Under the pieces are notes generated by a model that saw nothing but the letters and a program-made list of their open reading frames with translations, ran no database searches and had not been told where the DNA came from. Position numbers and translations under genes: made by a program. DNA of 64,000 bases from Bacteroidota bacterium (GTDB taxonomy: Bacteria; Bacteroidota; Bacteroidia; Bacteroidales; B18-G4): the NCBI GenBank assembly GCA_013202965.1, contig JABMQZ010000178.1:24344-88343 (forward strand), read 5' to 3'. Within the stretch, counting starts at the first letter, position 1, and every line of letters starts with the position of its first letter. Below are positions 9,601 through 17,588 of the stretch, one piece after another.

Positions 9601-10281
9601 GACAGCGCAGCGATTTATGTGAGTTTTACCGGGCTTGCAGAATCCGGGGAAATTCAAGTGATCCCGGTCAATGATTGCGGGCAGGGAGAAGCTTCATTAA
9701 TGTATATAGATGTAAAATATGTGACAGGAATTCCGGAAACACCCTACGGGCCTGATACGATCTGTACAAGCACGGATACCATAAGTACCTATATTCTGGA
9801 TGAAGGGGTAACAGGAGCCATTTATTATGAATGGAGGCTTCTGCCTGAGGAGGCCGGTACTATTCTGGGCGATGGATTGTCAGCCAGCGTCCACTGGACT
9901 TTTAATTGGGAAGGCATGGCTGCGGTGAGCGTGCAGGCTGTGAATGATTGCGGACCTTCCGGCTGGGCAACCCCATTGCCTGTTTATGCTTATAATAGCC
10001 TGGGTCTTGCTGATGCGGAAACTGAAAATGTATATCTTAAGTTATTCCCTAATCCTGTAAAAGAAGTCTTGAATGTTGAGTTTTGGATGTTGAATGATAA
10101 GGAAGGGCTTATGCTGGGCGTTTGGGATATTTACGGGAGAAAATTGAAAGATATTGCAATCCCGGCTGGGCAGAAGCAGTTGCTGCTTCATGTTCCTTCT
10201 TTCCCGCAAGGATTATATATCCTTATACTAAGTGATCAGCACAGGGTTCTGGCGAATGAAAAGTTTGTGGTGAAAAAATAG
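6649..10281 (+). CDS. Large secreted FG-GAP/VCBS-repeat protein with Ig/PKD-like modules and T9SS C-terminal sorting domain
   Basis: 1210 aa with a signal peptide. The N-terminal half has about 7 repeats of the WGDYDNDGxxDL / DxDNDGDLD type. The C-terminal half has four ~85 aa Cys-bracketed modules and GGSGSYSYAWSP-type repeats. The C-terminus is LFPNPVKEVLNVEF...QGLYILILSD. Confidence 0.85.
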   Translation: MQRILIFLIVLILFPQIAVLRAQTFTKINAGFEACFYPTAAWADIDNDGDLDVFFSGLDGADNPLAHLYSNDGGGIFTELSSAITGLSSSACAFGDMNNDGLADLAVSGHTGITSMCIIYRNDGGGTFTDISAGLAGFSEGSLAWGDYDNDGLADLLCTGLDDAQNPITLLYHNDGGEIFSDAGASLTGLYESSLAWYDYDLDGDMDFALSGMDDAGLPQSIIYRNDDGIFNDMGAGLTGLSAASVAWGDYNNDTYADLLLSGSDNAGLSHTILYKNNNGNSFSQIAGSYNGISHGSAIWGDFNNDGNLDFIIAGRNSAGGSPNPPPQVLFLEMYVNQGNDQFQVQPLQLPGLAYNAVVCGDYDNDSDLDLLLAGSFENPIGGSNSTAALYRNETAEINIPPASPSGLSYEVIGTDVILQWDAASDDKTPGPGLNYNIRVGSQPDNMDFYSALAGLSDGYRRIVSTGNTGGNTSWSIIGLEFGDYYASVQALDHDYAASSFSPDIIIAVLPTATFSLVDSLCIFEQTTISYTGNASPSAQYIWDFGGGMVLSGTGQGPYVVYWGTEGLKTVTLTVIENNVASVPVSKQVMIVGDAPAPGAISGETELCQGTETSEYVIAPLPGVNTYEWRLNPSEAGAINGNTIVAVVEWNPDFTGNAYVFVRGINACGTGPYSDSLEITLYPLPAQPGKPEGPDQLCLNSPNTNYTTSGAAFANAYQWYLAPESAGAIFGSGLEAEVDWDNTYTGIVEIYVSSFNDCGAGPESDTLIVIINLPPDVDAGEDQVIPFGTSTQLHGSVTGGSGSYSYAWSPPEFLVDHTVPEPFTVDMEQSKQFTLLVIDEVTSCSAQDQVAISVSGGELGLEVYADPEQLCQEEESQLLALAGGGTGVYTYAWTSQPPGFTADIPDPVVSPMETTSYYAEVSDGNGTVSDSIILTVFPLPGDAGPLSGADEVCAGDELILYEIDAVPFATQYYWTLPSGAYGGSDSAAIYVSFTGLAESGEIQVIPVNDCGQGEASLMYIDVKYVTGIPETPYGPDTICTSTDTISTYILDEGVTGAIYYEWRLLPEEAGTILGDGLSASVHWTFNWEGMAAVSVQAVNDCGPSGWATPLPVYAYNSLGLADAETENVYLKLFPNPVKEVLNVEFWMLNDKEGLMLGVWDIYGRKLKDIAIPAGQKQLLLHVPSFPQGLYILILSDQHRVLANEKFVVKK

Positions 10282-10364
10282 AAGGGGCCGCAGTTTAAAT
10301 TTCAAACCCCATCCCCCCATCCCCTCATCAATTACGAATTGTCAACAAATTATTGTTGGTAAAT

Positions 10365-10396
10365 TTTGGTAATCAAAAAACTTAATTCTATCTTTG
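10365..10396 (+). promoter_or_regulatory. Candidate Bacteroidota promoter of the rplM-rpsI operon (-33 TTTG / -7 TATCTTTG)
   Basis: TTTG at 10365-10368, a 20 nt spacer, then TATCTTTG at 10389-10396, 53 nt upstream of rplM. This fits the published TTTG-N19-21-TAnnTTTG consensus. Confidence 0.5.
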
Positions 10397-10448
10397 CACC
10401 CCCATTTTGAAGGGTCTGAAGAAAAAGCGTTGAAAATTAAAATTCGTA

Positions 10449-10904
10449 ATGGATACATTGAGTTACAAAACGGCTAGCGCCAATAAAGAAACAGTCAACA
10501 AAGAATGGCTGTTAATTGATGCAGAAGGAATGGTTCTCGGACGACTGGCATCAGAGGTTGCAAAATTATTGCGTGGTAAACACAAACCTGACTTCACTCC
10601 CCATGTGGATTGTGGTGATAATGTAGTGATCATCAATGCTGAGAAAGTTAAACTCACAGGCAAGAAAATGGATGACAAAATATATATCCGTCATTCAGGA
10701 TACCCGGGTGGACAGCGCAGCAGGACCGCGAGGGAAATATTAGTTAGATTTCCTGAAAGGCTTGTTGAACACGCCGTGAAAGGAATGCTTCCCAAGAACA
10801 GGCTGGGCGCCGACTTATTCAGGAACCTATACGTATATGTGGGCCCTGAACATAAACAAGAAGCACAGCAACCCAAGGAATTCAAAATAGAAACAAATAA
10901 ATAG
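10449..10904 (+). CDS. rplM: 50S ribosomal protein L13
   Basis: 151 aa with [23 protein letters not shown] and KGMLPKN. Confidence 0.96.
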   Translation: MDTLSYKTASANKETVNKEWLLIDAEGMVLGRLASEVAKLLRGKHKPDFTPHVDCGDNVVIINAEKVKLTGKKMDDKIYIRHSGYPGGQRSRTAREILVRFPERLVEHAVKGMLPKNRLGADLFRNLYVYVGPEHKQEAQQPKEFKIETNK

Positions 10905-10906
10905 AC

Positions 10907-11293
10907 ATGGACGTTATCAATACATTAGGCAGAAGAAAAAAGGCAATTGCACGAGTTTATATTTCGGATGGTAAAGGAGAGATTACTGTTAATAAAAGGG
11001 ATTGGAAAGAGTACTTTCCCACTTCCATTCTGCAATATGTCGTACAGCAACCTTTTATTCTGACTGATACACAGTCCAAATATGATCTCACTGTCAATCT
11101 TGATGGTGGAGGTATCTCAGGTCAGGCAGAAGCTTTACGCCTGGGCATTGCAAGGGCTCTTTGTAAAATTGATCCTGAGCACAGACCGGTTTTAAAAGCC
11201 AACGGACTCATGAAAAGGGATCCGAGGATGGTAGAACGTAAGAAACCAGGTCAGAAGAAAGCACGTAAGAAATTCCAGTTCAGTAAACGTTAA
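10907..11293 (+). CDS. rpsI: 30S ribosomal protein S9
   Basis: 128 aa with GRRKKAIARVY, GGGISGQAEALRLGIARAL and a C-terminal KKFQFSKR. Confidence 0.96.
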   Translation: MDVINTLGRRKKAIARVYISDGKGEITVNKRDWKEYFPTSILQYVVQQPFILTDTQSKYDLTVNLDGGGISGQAEALRLGIARALCKIDPEHRPVLKANGLMKRDPRMVERKKPGQKKARKKFQFSKR

Positions 11294-11328
11294 TATTTTT
11301 CCTGTTTCCGGATCGAGTTTAGTATCTA

Positions 11329-11367
11329 AATTGCCAAGACCGTTGAAAACAATGCTACCTGGCAATT
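11329..11367 (+). other. Stem-loop between rpsI and rpsB (weak terminator or rpsB leader structure)
   Basis: aattgcca (11329-11336) pairs with tggcaatt (11360-11367) across a 23 nt loop, followed by gctttt. Its function cannot be decided from sequence. Confidence 0.3.
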
Positions 11368-11399
11368 GCTTTTAAGAATGTAAACAAAAAATTAAAAAA

Positions 11400-12320
11400 A
11401 TGGCAAGAACAACTTTTGAAGAATTGTTAGATGCAGGTGTACACTTTGGCCACCTGAAAAGAAAATGGAACCCGAACATGGCTCCTTATATTTTTATGGA
11501 ACGAAACGGGATCCACATCCTCGACCTTTATAAAACCAGTGCTAAGTTAGAAGAAGCAGCATCTGCGATAAAGCAAGTTGCGAGGTCAGGGAAAAAGATA
11601 CTTTTTGTTGCAACGAAAAAGCAAGCCAAAGAAATCGTGGCCGAGCAGATGAAGAGGGTAAATATGCCTTATGTTACTGAAAGGTGGCCTGGTGGCATGC
11701 TTACCAATTTTGCAACCATCCGGAAAGCAGTAAAAAAAATGTCCTCCATCGACAAAATGCAAACCCAGGAGACATTTAAAAACCTGTCGAAAAGGGAAAA
11801 ACTCCAGATCACACGCGAACGCGCAAAACTGGAGAGGCAGCTTGGGAGCATTTCAGATATGAACCGCTTGCCATCAGCAATCTTTGTGGTGGATATCCTG
11901 AAAGAAAAGATAGCAGTTGCGGAAGCCAGAAAACTGAATATCCCAATCTTTGCAATGGTTGATACCAATTCAGATCCTACCCTCATCGATTTCCCCATCC
12001 CTGCAAATGACGATGCTTCAAAATCTATTCATATGATCGTTAAGCTTATGGTAGATGCTATGGAAGAGGGACTGACAGACAGGAAATTTGAAAAAGAGAA
12101 GAAAGACCAGGAAGATGCTGAAGCAAAAGTTGCAGCCGCTGAAAAATTAAGTGAGGAAAAAGCAGCAGCAGAATATGCAGACCTTGAGGAAGAGGAAGCT
12201 GAAAAGCTTTTAAAAGAAGGAGAAACCAAGAGTGCGCCTAAAGATTCTAATGAAGGTGAAATAAAGAAAAGGGAAGGCGGAAAACGACCGCGAAAAATTA
12301 TCAATAAACCCCAAAAGTAG
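11400..12320 (+). CDS. rpsB: 30S ribosomal protein S2 (with charged C-terminal extension)
   Basis: 306 aa with LLDAGVHFGHLKRKWNPNM and TERWPGGMLTN. The last ~70 aa form an E/K/A-rich low-complexity tail. Confidence 0.95.
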   Translation: MARTTFEELLDAGVHFGHLKRKWNPNMAPYIFMERNGIHILDLYKTSAKLEEAASAIKQVARSGKKILFVATKKQAKEIVAEQMKRVNMPYVTERWPGGMLTNFATIRKAVKKMSSIDKMQTQETFKNLSKREKLQITRERAKLERQLGSISDMNRLPSAIFVVDILKEKIAVAEARKLNIPIFAMVDTNSDPTLIDFPIPANDDASKSIHMIVKLMVDAMEEGLTDRKFEKEKKDQEDAEAKVAAAEKLSEEKAAAEYADLEEEEAEKLLKEGETKSAPKDSNEGEIKKREGGKRPRKIINKPQK

Positions 12321-12357
12321 CCAATAAGATTATTAAACATATTAATTATAACAAAAC

Positions 12358-13194
12358 ATGGTAAACATAAAAGCCGCTGAAGTAAACGACCTGCGTAAAA
12401 TGACCGGGGCAGGCATGATGGATTGCAAAAAAGCCCTGATCGAAAGCGACGGCGATGTTGAAAAGGCGATAGATATACTCAGAAAAAAAGGACAAAAAAT
12501 TGCTGCCAAGCGTGCCGATAGAGCTGCCAGCGAAGGTGTTGTCCTTGCCGGAGCCAATGATGCCGGTGACTATGCCGCCATCGTAATGGTGAATTGTGAA
12601 ACAGACTTCGTAGCGCAAAACCAGGATTTTATTGATTTTACAAAATCAATCCTTGAACTGGCCATTGCGAAAACACCCAAAACCCTTGAAGAACTTAACG
12701 GACTCGACCTGAACGGACGTAGTGTTGAAGAGAACATGAGAGACCAGATGGGCAAGATCGGTGAAAGCATTAAGCTGGGTGCTTATGAATTTGTTGAGTC
12801 AGCTGAGGTTTTTGCATATAATCATCAGGGAAACAGACTGGCAACTGCCCTGGGACTGAACATGACAGATGGTGAAAATATTTCCCAGGTAGGCCATGAG
12901 CTTGCCATGCAGGTAGCAGCCATGAACCCTGTTGCTGTGGACAAGAACGATGTTGAGCAGTCCATTATCGACAAGGAGATTGAAATTGGTAAAGACCAGG
13001 CACGCCAGGAAGGAAAAGCTGAAGATATGCTGGACAAGATTGCCATGGGTAAACTCAATAAGTTTCTGAAAGACAACACCCTGATGAATCAGGTATTTAT
13101 CAGGGAAGGGAAAAAGATCGTTCGGGATTACCTCGCTGAAACCAACAAGGACCTCAGCATAACCGGATTTAAAAGGCTTATGCTTGGAGCGTAA
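12358..13194 (+). CDS. tsf: Translation elongation factor Ts
   Basis: 278 aa with AAEVNDLRKMTGAGMMDCKKAL and NCETDFVA. It follows rpsB, as is typical. Confidence 0.95.
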   Translation: MVNIKAAEVNDLRKMTGAGMMDCKKALIESDGDVEKAIDILRKKGQKIAAKRADRAASEGVVLAGANDAGDYAAIVMVNCETDFVAQNQDFIDFTKSILELAIAKTPKTLEELNGLDLNGRSVEENMRDQMGKIGESIKLGAYEFVESAEVFAYNHQGNRLATALGLNMTDGENISQVGHELAMQVAAMNPVAVDKNDVEQSIIDKEIEIGKDQARQEGKAEDMLDKIAMGKLNKFLKDNTLMNQVFIREGKKIVRDYLAETNKDLSITGFKRLMLGA

Positions 13195-13218
13195 ACCATA
13201 TTAGAATATCATATGAAG

Positions 13219-13250
13219 GAAGAGTGGGCGAAAGTTCGCTCTTTTTTTTT
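13219..13250 (+). terminator. Intrinsic terminator after tsf
   Basis: The agagtgggc / gttcgctct stem (includes G-U pairs) has a short loop and is followed by a T9 run (13242-13250). Confidence 0.6.
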
Positions 13251-13299
13251 GGCTGTGGGCCATGGGCGGTAGGCCTTGGGTATTCGTTCCTCTTCCGAG

Positions 13300-13752
13300 C
13301 TAGCCCAGCAACTCCCTCACAATTCCCGAAATCTCTTTGTTGTCAGCTTTCCCGGCCAGCTTTTTTGAGGCAGTGCCCATCACCCGGCCCATGTCTTTCA
13401 TGCTTTCGGCCCCGGTCTCAGCAATGATCTCTTTCACGATTTCACGCAAAGCATCCCCGCTGATTTGTTCGGGCAGATAGCTTTCTATGATCCCGAATTG
13501 GAATTCTTCTTCTTCAGCAAGTTCGATCCGGCCTTTTTCCCTGTAGATGGCGGCTGACTCTTTTCTCTGCTTTACTAATTTCTTCAGCAGTCCCATCTCC
13601 AGTTCCTCCGGTATCTCGTTCCCGGAAGTGCCTTTTGCTGTTTTTAATAAAAGTAGTCCTGACTTTACTGCCCGAAGGGCTTCAAGCTTTTTCGAATCCT
13701 TTGCCAGCATGGCGTCTTTGATATCTTTATTGATCTTTTCTGCTAATGTCAT
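13300..13752 (-). CDS. GatB/YqeY domain-containing protein
   Basis: 150 aa. The N-terminus MTLAEKINKDIKDAMLAKDSKKLEALRAVKS and the motif ESYLPEQ are typical of the YqeY family. Confidence 0.85.
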   Translation of the reverse strand: MTLAEKINKDIKDAMLAKDSKKLEALRAVKSGLLLLKTAKGTSGNEIPEELEMGLLKKLVKQRKESAAIYREKGRIELAEEEEFQFGIIESYLPEQISGDALREIVKEIIAETGAESMKDMGRVMGTASKKLAGKADNKEISGIVRELLG

Positions 13753-13840
13753 GGGTTTTGATTTTGGGTTTGCAATTTAGTAAAAAATAAGAGGTTTGCA
13801 AAGAAGCGTCAGAATAAGGGCTGTTGGGGGTTTGGTGTTA

Positions 13841-13972
13841 GATGTTCCACCTCCGCTAACCGCGTGCCGCCATAGCTTCAGCGGTGGCGCAAGCTACGGC
13901 GGACGCGGTGGGTGTTAGGTGAATTTTCGATACTCGATATTTGATATTCGTTTTTCGTTATTCAAAACATGT
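13841..13972 (-). repeat. Composite 3'-end repeat, copy A: heptamer array, conserved 20 nt box and GC-rich hairpin
   Basis: Three exact blocks (13897-13916, 13921-13950, 13951-13972) are shared with copy B at 15651-15729. An ~18 bp stem (ccgcgtgccgccatagctt pairing with aagctacggcggacgcgg) lies at 13858-13908. The array reads gaatttt cgatact cgatatt tgatatt cgttttt cgttatt. Confidence 0.85.
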
Positions 13973-15549
13973 CAATTTATTATAAGCTTTTCTTTAATCC
14001 TCATATTCTCGATTACCACTTCAATCACATACATTCCCGGTATCAAGTTTGACACATCAAGCTTATTGCTTGTCCCTCTTTGATGGATGATTCTTTGCCC
14101 GAGCCGGTTGTAAATGTTAACCTCCTCAATGCTTCCATTGATGCCCGAGATCATGATTTCTGAATGGGCAGGGTTGGGGAAAATTTTAATATCAGATTCA
14201 AAAGTATAATAATTGATATGGCTCGAATTTTCATAAATAATCTTACATATAAATATATCAGTGCCCATATTTGTGGACGTTAAGGACGTATCCCCAAATA
14301 TTGTGGTATTCATAAATGATCCTGTAGCATAAATATCATTGTTGTTATCAATAACACAAGTATTCGTGTAGTAATTCCCGACCTCTATAATGTCCTGTAT
14401 TATCCCTCCATTACTTAATTGCAAAATATGAGATTTAGAATCTAACAATAATGAGTCTCCGATTAAGGCGTCACCCTGAAAATAACAAGTAACATATATT
14501 GAATTATTATCACCAACAATACAATAAGACCGATCCATTGCTGAACTGCCAAATCCTGTTATCCAAAGCAATTCGCCAATCCTATTATATTTTGCAATGT
14601 ATATATCAAATTCTCCATTTGAGACAATGGTGTCACTATTAAAGAAAGCAGTACCGCCGAATATTCCGGTTAGATAGATGTCTTCATTTTCATCTGCAAT
14701 AATTGATGATCCGAGAGCACCCCATTCACCACCTGCTTTTCGTATCCATAATAAGTCACCGGAACTATTATATTTCGCAATAAAAATATCCTGAAATCCA
14801 GAAGAAATTAATACTGTATCATTAAAAACAGCACTATCCTTAAAGTTTCCTGTAAGGTAGATGTTATTAAAATTATCTGAAGTTACTGAAAGCCCCAAGT
14901 CTGCTTCCGCTCCCCCACCTTGATTTATCCATAAGACGTTTCCCTCATTATCTAGTTTTGCGAGAAATATGTCATAATCACCATTTGATGTCAGGCTAGT
15001 GTTGTCAAATATTACAGTATTCTGAAATATGCCGGACAAATAAAGAAAATTATCATTGTCCGTTGTGATTGAATATCCTTGATCTGATCCGGCACCACCG
15101 AACTGTTTTACCCAGTTCAGATTTCCCTCAGTATCATGGTCGGTAATAAAAATATCACATTCCCCTTTTGCTATTAATGTTGTCTCTTCAAAAGATATAG
15201 TATCACTAAAAAAGCCAACTGTATATAAATGACCGTTATTATGCATAATACAAAGGGGGCGATCATATTCCTTTCCTCCATAATCCTTTGCCCAAATAAA
15301 ATTCCCGCTTTTGTCATATTTTGAAATATAAATATCAAACAACCCCTTTGCAATTATGGATGTATTCCCAAACCAACAAGTATCAGAAAAGGTTCCTGCA
15401 CTATAAATAAAATTATCATCGCTGGTAATTGATTGTCCTATATCCGTTCCCATTCCTCCTTCCTGATGGATCCATTTAATTTTTGAGTTCTGAGCACTAA
15501 CAAAGTTGTGGGTAAAGAAAAATGCTAATATGATTACGTAGGCTTTCAT
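13972..15549 (-). CDS. Secreted beta-propeller (SBBP-type repeat) protein with T9SS C-terminal sorting domain
   Basis: 525 aa with a signal peptide. It has about 9 repeats of the pattern DIFIAKYNSSGDLLWIRKAGG / YLTGxF. The C-terminus is KIFPNPAHSEIMISG...PGMYVIEVVIEN. Confidence 0.85.
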   Translation of the reverse strand: MKAYVIILAFFFTHNFVSAQNSKIKWIHQEGGMGTDIGQSITSDDNFIYSAGTFSDTCWFGNTSIIAKGLFDIYISKYDKSGNFIWAKDYGGKEYDRPLCIMHNNGHLYTVGFFSDTISFEETTLIAKGECDIFITDHDTEGNLNWVKQFGGAGSDQGYSITTDNDNFLYLSGIFQNTVIFDNTSLTSNGDYDIFLAKLDNEGNVLWINQGGGAEADLGLSVTSDNFNNIYLTGNFKDSAVFNDTVLISSGFQDIFIAKYNSSGDLLWIRKAGGEWGALGSSIIADENEDIYLTGIFGGTAFFNSDTIVSNGEFDIYIAKYNRIGELLWITGFGSSAMDRSYCIVGDNNSIYVTCYFQGDALIGDSLLLDSKSHILQLSNGGIIQDIIEVGNYYTNTCVIDNNNDIYATGSFMNTTIFGDTSLTSTNMGTDIFICKIIYENSSHINYYTFESDIKIFPNPAHSEIMISGINGSIEEVNIYNRLGQRIIHQRGTSNKLDVSNLIPGMYVIEVVIENMRIKEKLIIN

Positions 15550-15596
15550 GAATTTATGTTTTATTTCTTCTCATTAATTTCATCATTATACTTTTA

Positions 15597-15729
15597 GGTG
15601 TTCCTCCTTCGCTCCGCTTACGCTTGCGCTGAAGCTTCAGCGTAGGAGCACGGCGGACGCGGTGGGTGTTGAATTTTCGATACTCGATATTTGATATTCG
15701 TTATTCGTTTTTCGTTATTCAAAACATGT
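15597..15729 (-). repeat. Composite repeat, copy B
   Basis: Has the same 20 nt box (15651-15670), the same 30 nt and 22 nt blocks, and one extra heptamer (ttattcg, 15701-15707) relative to copy A. It also contains a 16 nt perfect palindrome (cgctgaagcttcagcg). Confidence 0.85.
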
Positions 15730-15804
15730 TATTTAAACATTTCGTCCGCTTAAATATAATATAAAAAGCATTATAATAAAAATATTATCCATTTTATGAT
15801 CAGC

Positions 15805-15837
15805 AGAAAAAAAGCCCCACCGTATAGCAGGGCCTTT
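15805..15837 (-). terminator. Candidate intrinsic terminator after ftsZ
   Basis: The minus strand reads aaaggccc-ugcuauacggug-gggcuuuuuuu: an 8 bp stem (including A-U and G-U pairs) followed by a U-run, 40 nt downstream of the ftsZ stop. Confidence 0.45.
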
Positions 15838-15877
15838 CAAGTTCAAAAAAAAATAGCAGAATGATTAAGGTTGTGAA

Positions 15878-17506
15878 CTAATCCACATTATCATGCAAAT
15901 ATGTATTGTCTGATTTTAAGCTGGCATTTTCATCATCTCCCTCCGAGAGGGTGTATTTTGAGATTTTGGTTTCCTCAGAAGGTTTGGCGTCAGACAGGGG
16001 GATGTTTTTCCTGAGATAAGCCGGCTCATTTTCAAGATCAGACAGCCCGCCGGGAGATTTTAATTGAATGCTCATCTGGCGAAGCCGCTCTACCCTTTCC
16101 AGGGCTTTTTTCTCAAGGTTTGCTTTTTCTTCTTTTGAAATAGTATCAGGAACAGCTTCTTCTGTTTTTCCTGATGCCGGCTTACGCTCAAATAATATCA
16201 ATTCTTCCGGTTCTTCAAGCTGATCAACCGTATGACTTATTTCAGTGCTGATCTTTTTATCTGCTTCTTCCGGTACGGGATCATTCAGGCTAAAACGTAT
16301 TACCTCCGGTTTTTCTTCTTCAGTTTTGTTGCTGATAACCGGACGTGGCTCCTTCTCCTCAGGTTTGGCTTTGCTGATCAGTCTGATCTCTTCAGGTTCA
16401 TTGTCCTTTACTTTTGGTTCAATGGCGGGCCTGGTTGGATTAGGCAGCGGAACCTCTTCATCAGTCTGCCTGACAGCTGTTTTTTTCTTATACAGATCAC
16501 GGACCACCTTGCCTTCGTTGGGTTCTTTGTCGAATCCTGTTGCCACAATCGTTATACTGATCTGTTCACCCAGAGAATCATCCCTGCCTGCTCCCCAGAT
16601 GACATCTGCCTCCAGGCCTGCTTCACTCAGGATATAATCTGTTATTTCAGTGACCTCGTCCATGGAGATCTCCTTGCTGCCTGATGACAGGTACAGGAGG
16701 ATGTTTTCGGTTCCCTTTATGTCGTTATCATTCAGTAATGGAGACTTCAATGCCAAATCAATGGCAATATGTGCGCGGTTTTCACCTTCAGCAATTCCGG
16801 TACCCATAATGGCTACACCACTGTTTCGCATCACGGTGTTCACATCTTTGAAATCAATGTTGACGAATGATTTTTCGGTGATGATCTCTGCAATACCTTT
16901 TGCAGCAGTTAGCAATACGTTATCAGCAATTTTAAAAGCTTCTGAAATGCCAAGGTCTCCATGCAATTCCCTCAACTTGTCATTGCTGATGATCAATACG
17001 GCATCAGCATATTTTCTCAGTTCTTCAATACCCCTGACAGCTTGCTGTTTGCGTTTTCTTCCTTCAAAATTAAAAGGCAGGGTAACGATAGCAATAACCA
17101 GTATACTGCCGCCTTCATCCTCAGGAAGTTCGATTTCTTTTGCAAGCCGTGCAATGATAGGGGCAGCACCTGTTCCTGTTCCGCCACCCATGCCTGCAGT
17201 GATAAACAACATTTCAGTATTGGATGACAGTACTTTTTTTATATCTTCCGCCTTTTCGATAGCCGCCTTTTCTGCTACAGCAGGAACTGACCCGGCTCCC
17301 AGACCTTTGTTTCCAAGACTTATCTTATTCGGAATCGGACTCATGTCAAGAGCCTGGGCATCAGTATTGCACACGATGAAATCAACACCCGTAATCCCCT
17401 GGTTGAACATGTGATTAACTGCGTTTCCGCCACCGCCGCCAACACCGAGAACTTTTATGATGGACGACTGATTTTTTGGTTTTTCGAATTTCAAAATATC
17501 CTCCAT
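15878..17506 (-). CDS. ftsZ: Cell division protein FtsZ
   Basis: 542 aa with GVGGGGGNAVNHM and the tubulin signature GMGGGTGTGAAP. It has a long E/P/K-rich linker and a conserved C-terminal peptide region. Confidence 0.97.
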   Translation of the reverse strand: MEDILKFEKPKNQSSIIKVLGVGGGGGNAVNHMFNQGITGVDFIVCNTDAQALDMSPIPNKISLGNKGLGAGSVPAVAEKAAIEKAEDIKKVLSSNTEMLFITAGMGGGTGTGAAPIIARLAKEIELPEDEGGSILVIAIVTLPFNFEGRKRKQQAVRGIEELRKYADAVLIISNDKLRELHGDLGISEAFKIADNVLLTAAKGIAEIITEKSFVNIDFKDVNTVMRNSGVAIMGTGIAEGENRAHIAIDLALKSPLLNDNDIKGTENILLYLSSGSKEISMDEVTEITDYILSEAGLEADVIWGAGRDDSLGEQISITIVATGFDKEPNEGKVVRDLYKKKTAVRQTDEEVPLPNPTRPAIEPKVKDNEPEEIRLISKAKPEEKEPRPVISNKTEEEKPEVIRFSLNDPVPEEADKKISTEISHTVDQLEEPEELILFERKPASGKTEEAVPDTISKEEKANLEKKALERVERLRQMSIQLKSPGGLSDLENEPAYLRKNIPLSDAKPSEETKISKYTLSEGDDENASLKSDNTYLHDNVD

Positions 17507-17588
17507 TTTAATTTATTAAATTTAGATTAATATTTGCGTTGTTCAATTGCTCTGCATGATTTTTATTAACAATATCATTGTTGATTAT

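Noticed and set aside
13224-13427. 67 aa plus-strand ORF after tsf
   Set aside because: It starts inside the tsf terminator, runs antisense into yqeY, and gives a Pro/Ser/Cys-rich translation. It is not credible as a gene.
13841-13920. GC-rich segment that could be a tRNA or other small RNA gene
   Set aside because: There is no cloverleaf, no GTTCGAATC-type T-loop and no D-loop consensus. The pairing is a single long hairpin and the segment is part of a repeated element, so it is reported as a repeat instead.
16650-17414. 254 aa plus-strand ORF (and 16232..16684, 16245..16637) opposite ftsZ
   Set aside because: It is entirely antisense to a very well supported ftsZ gene. The translations are low-complexity S/P/F-rich shadow sequences with no motifs.
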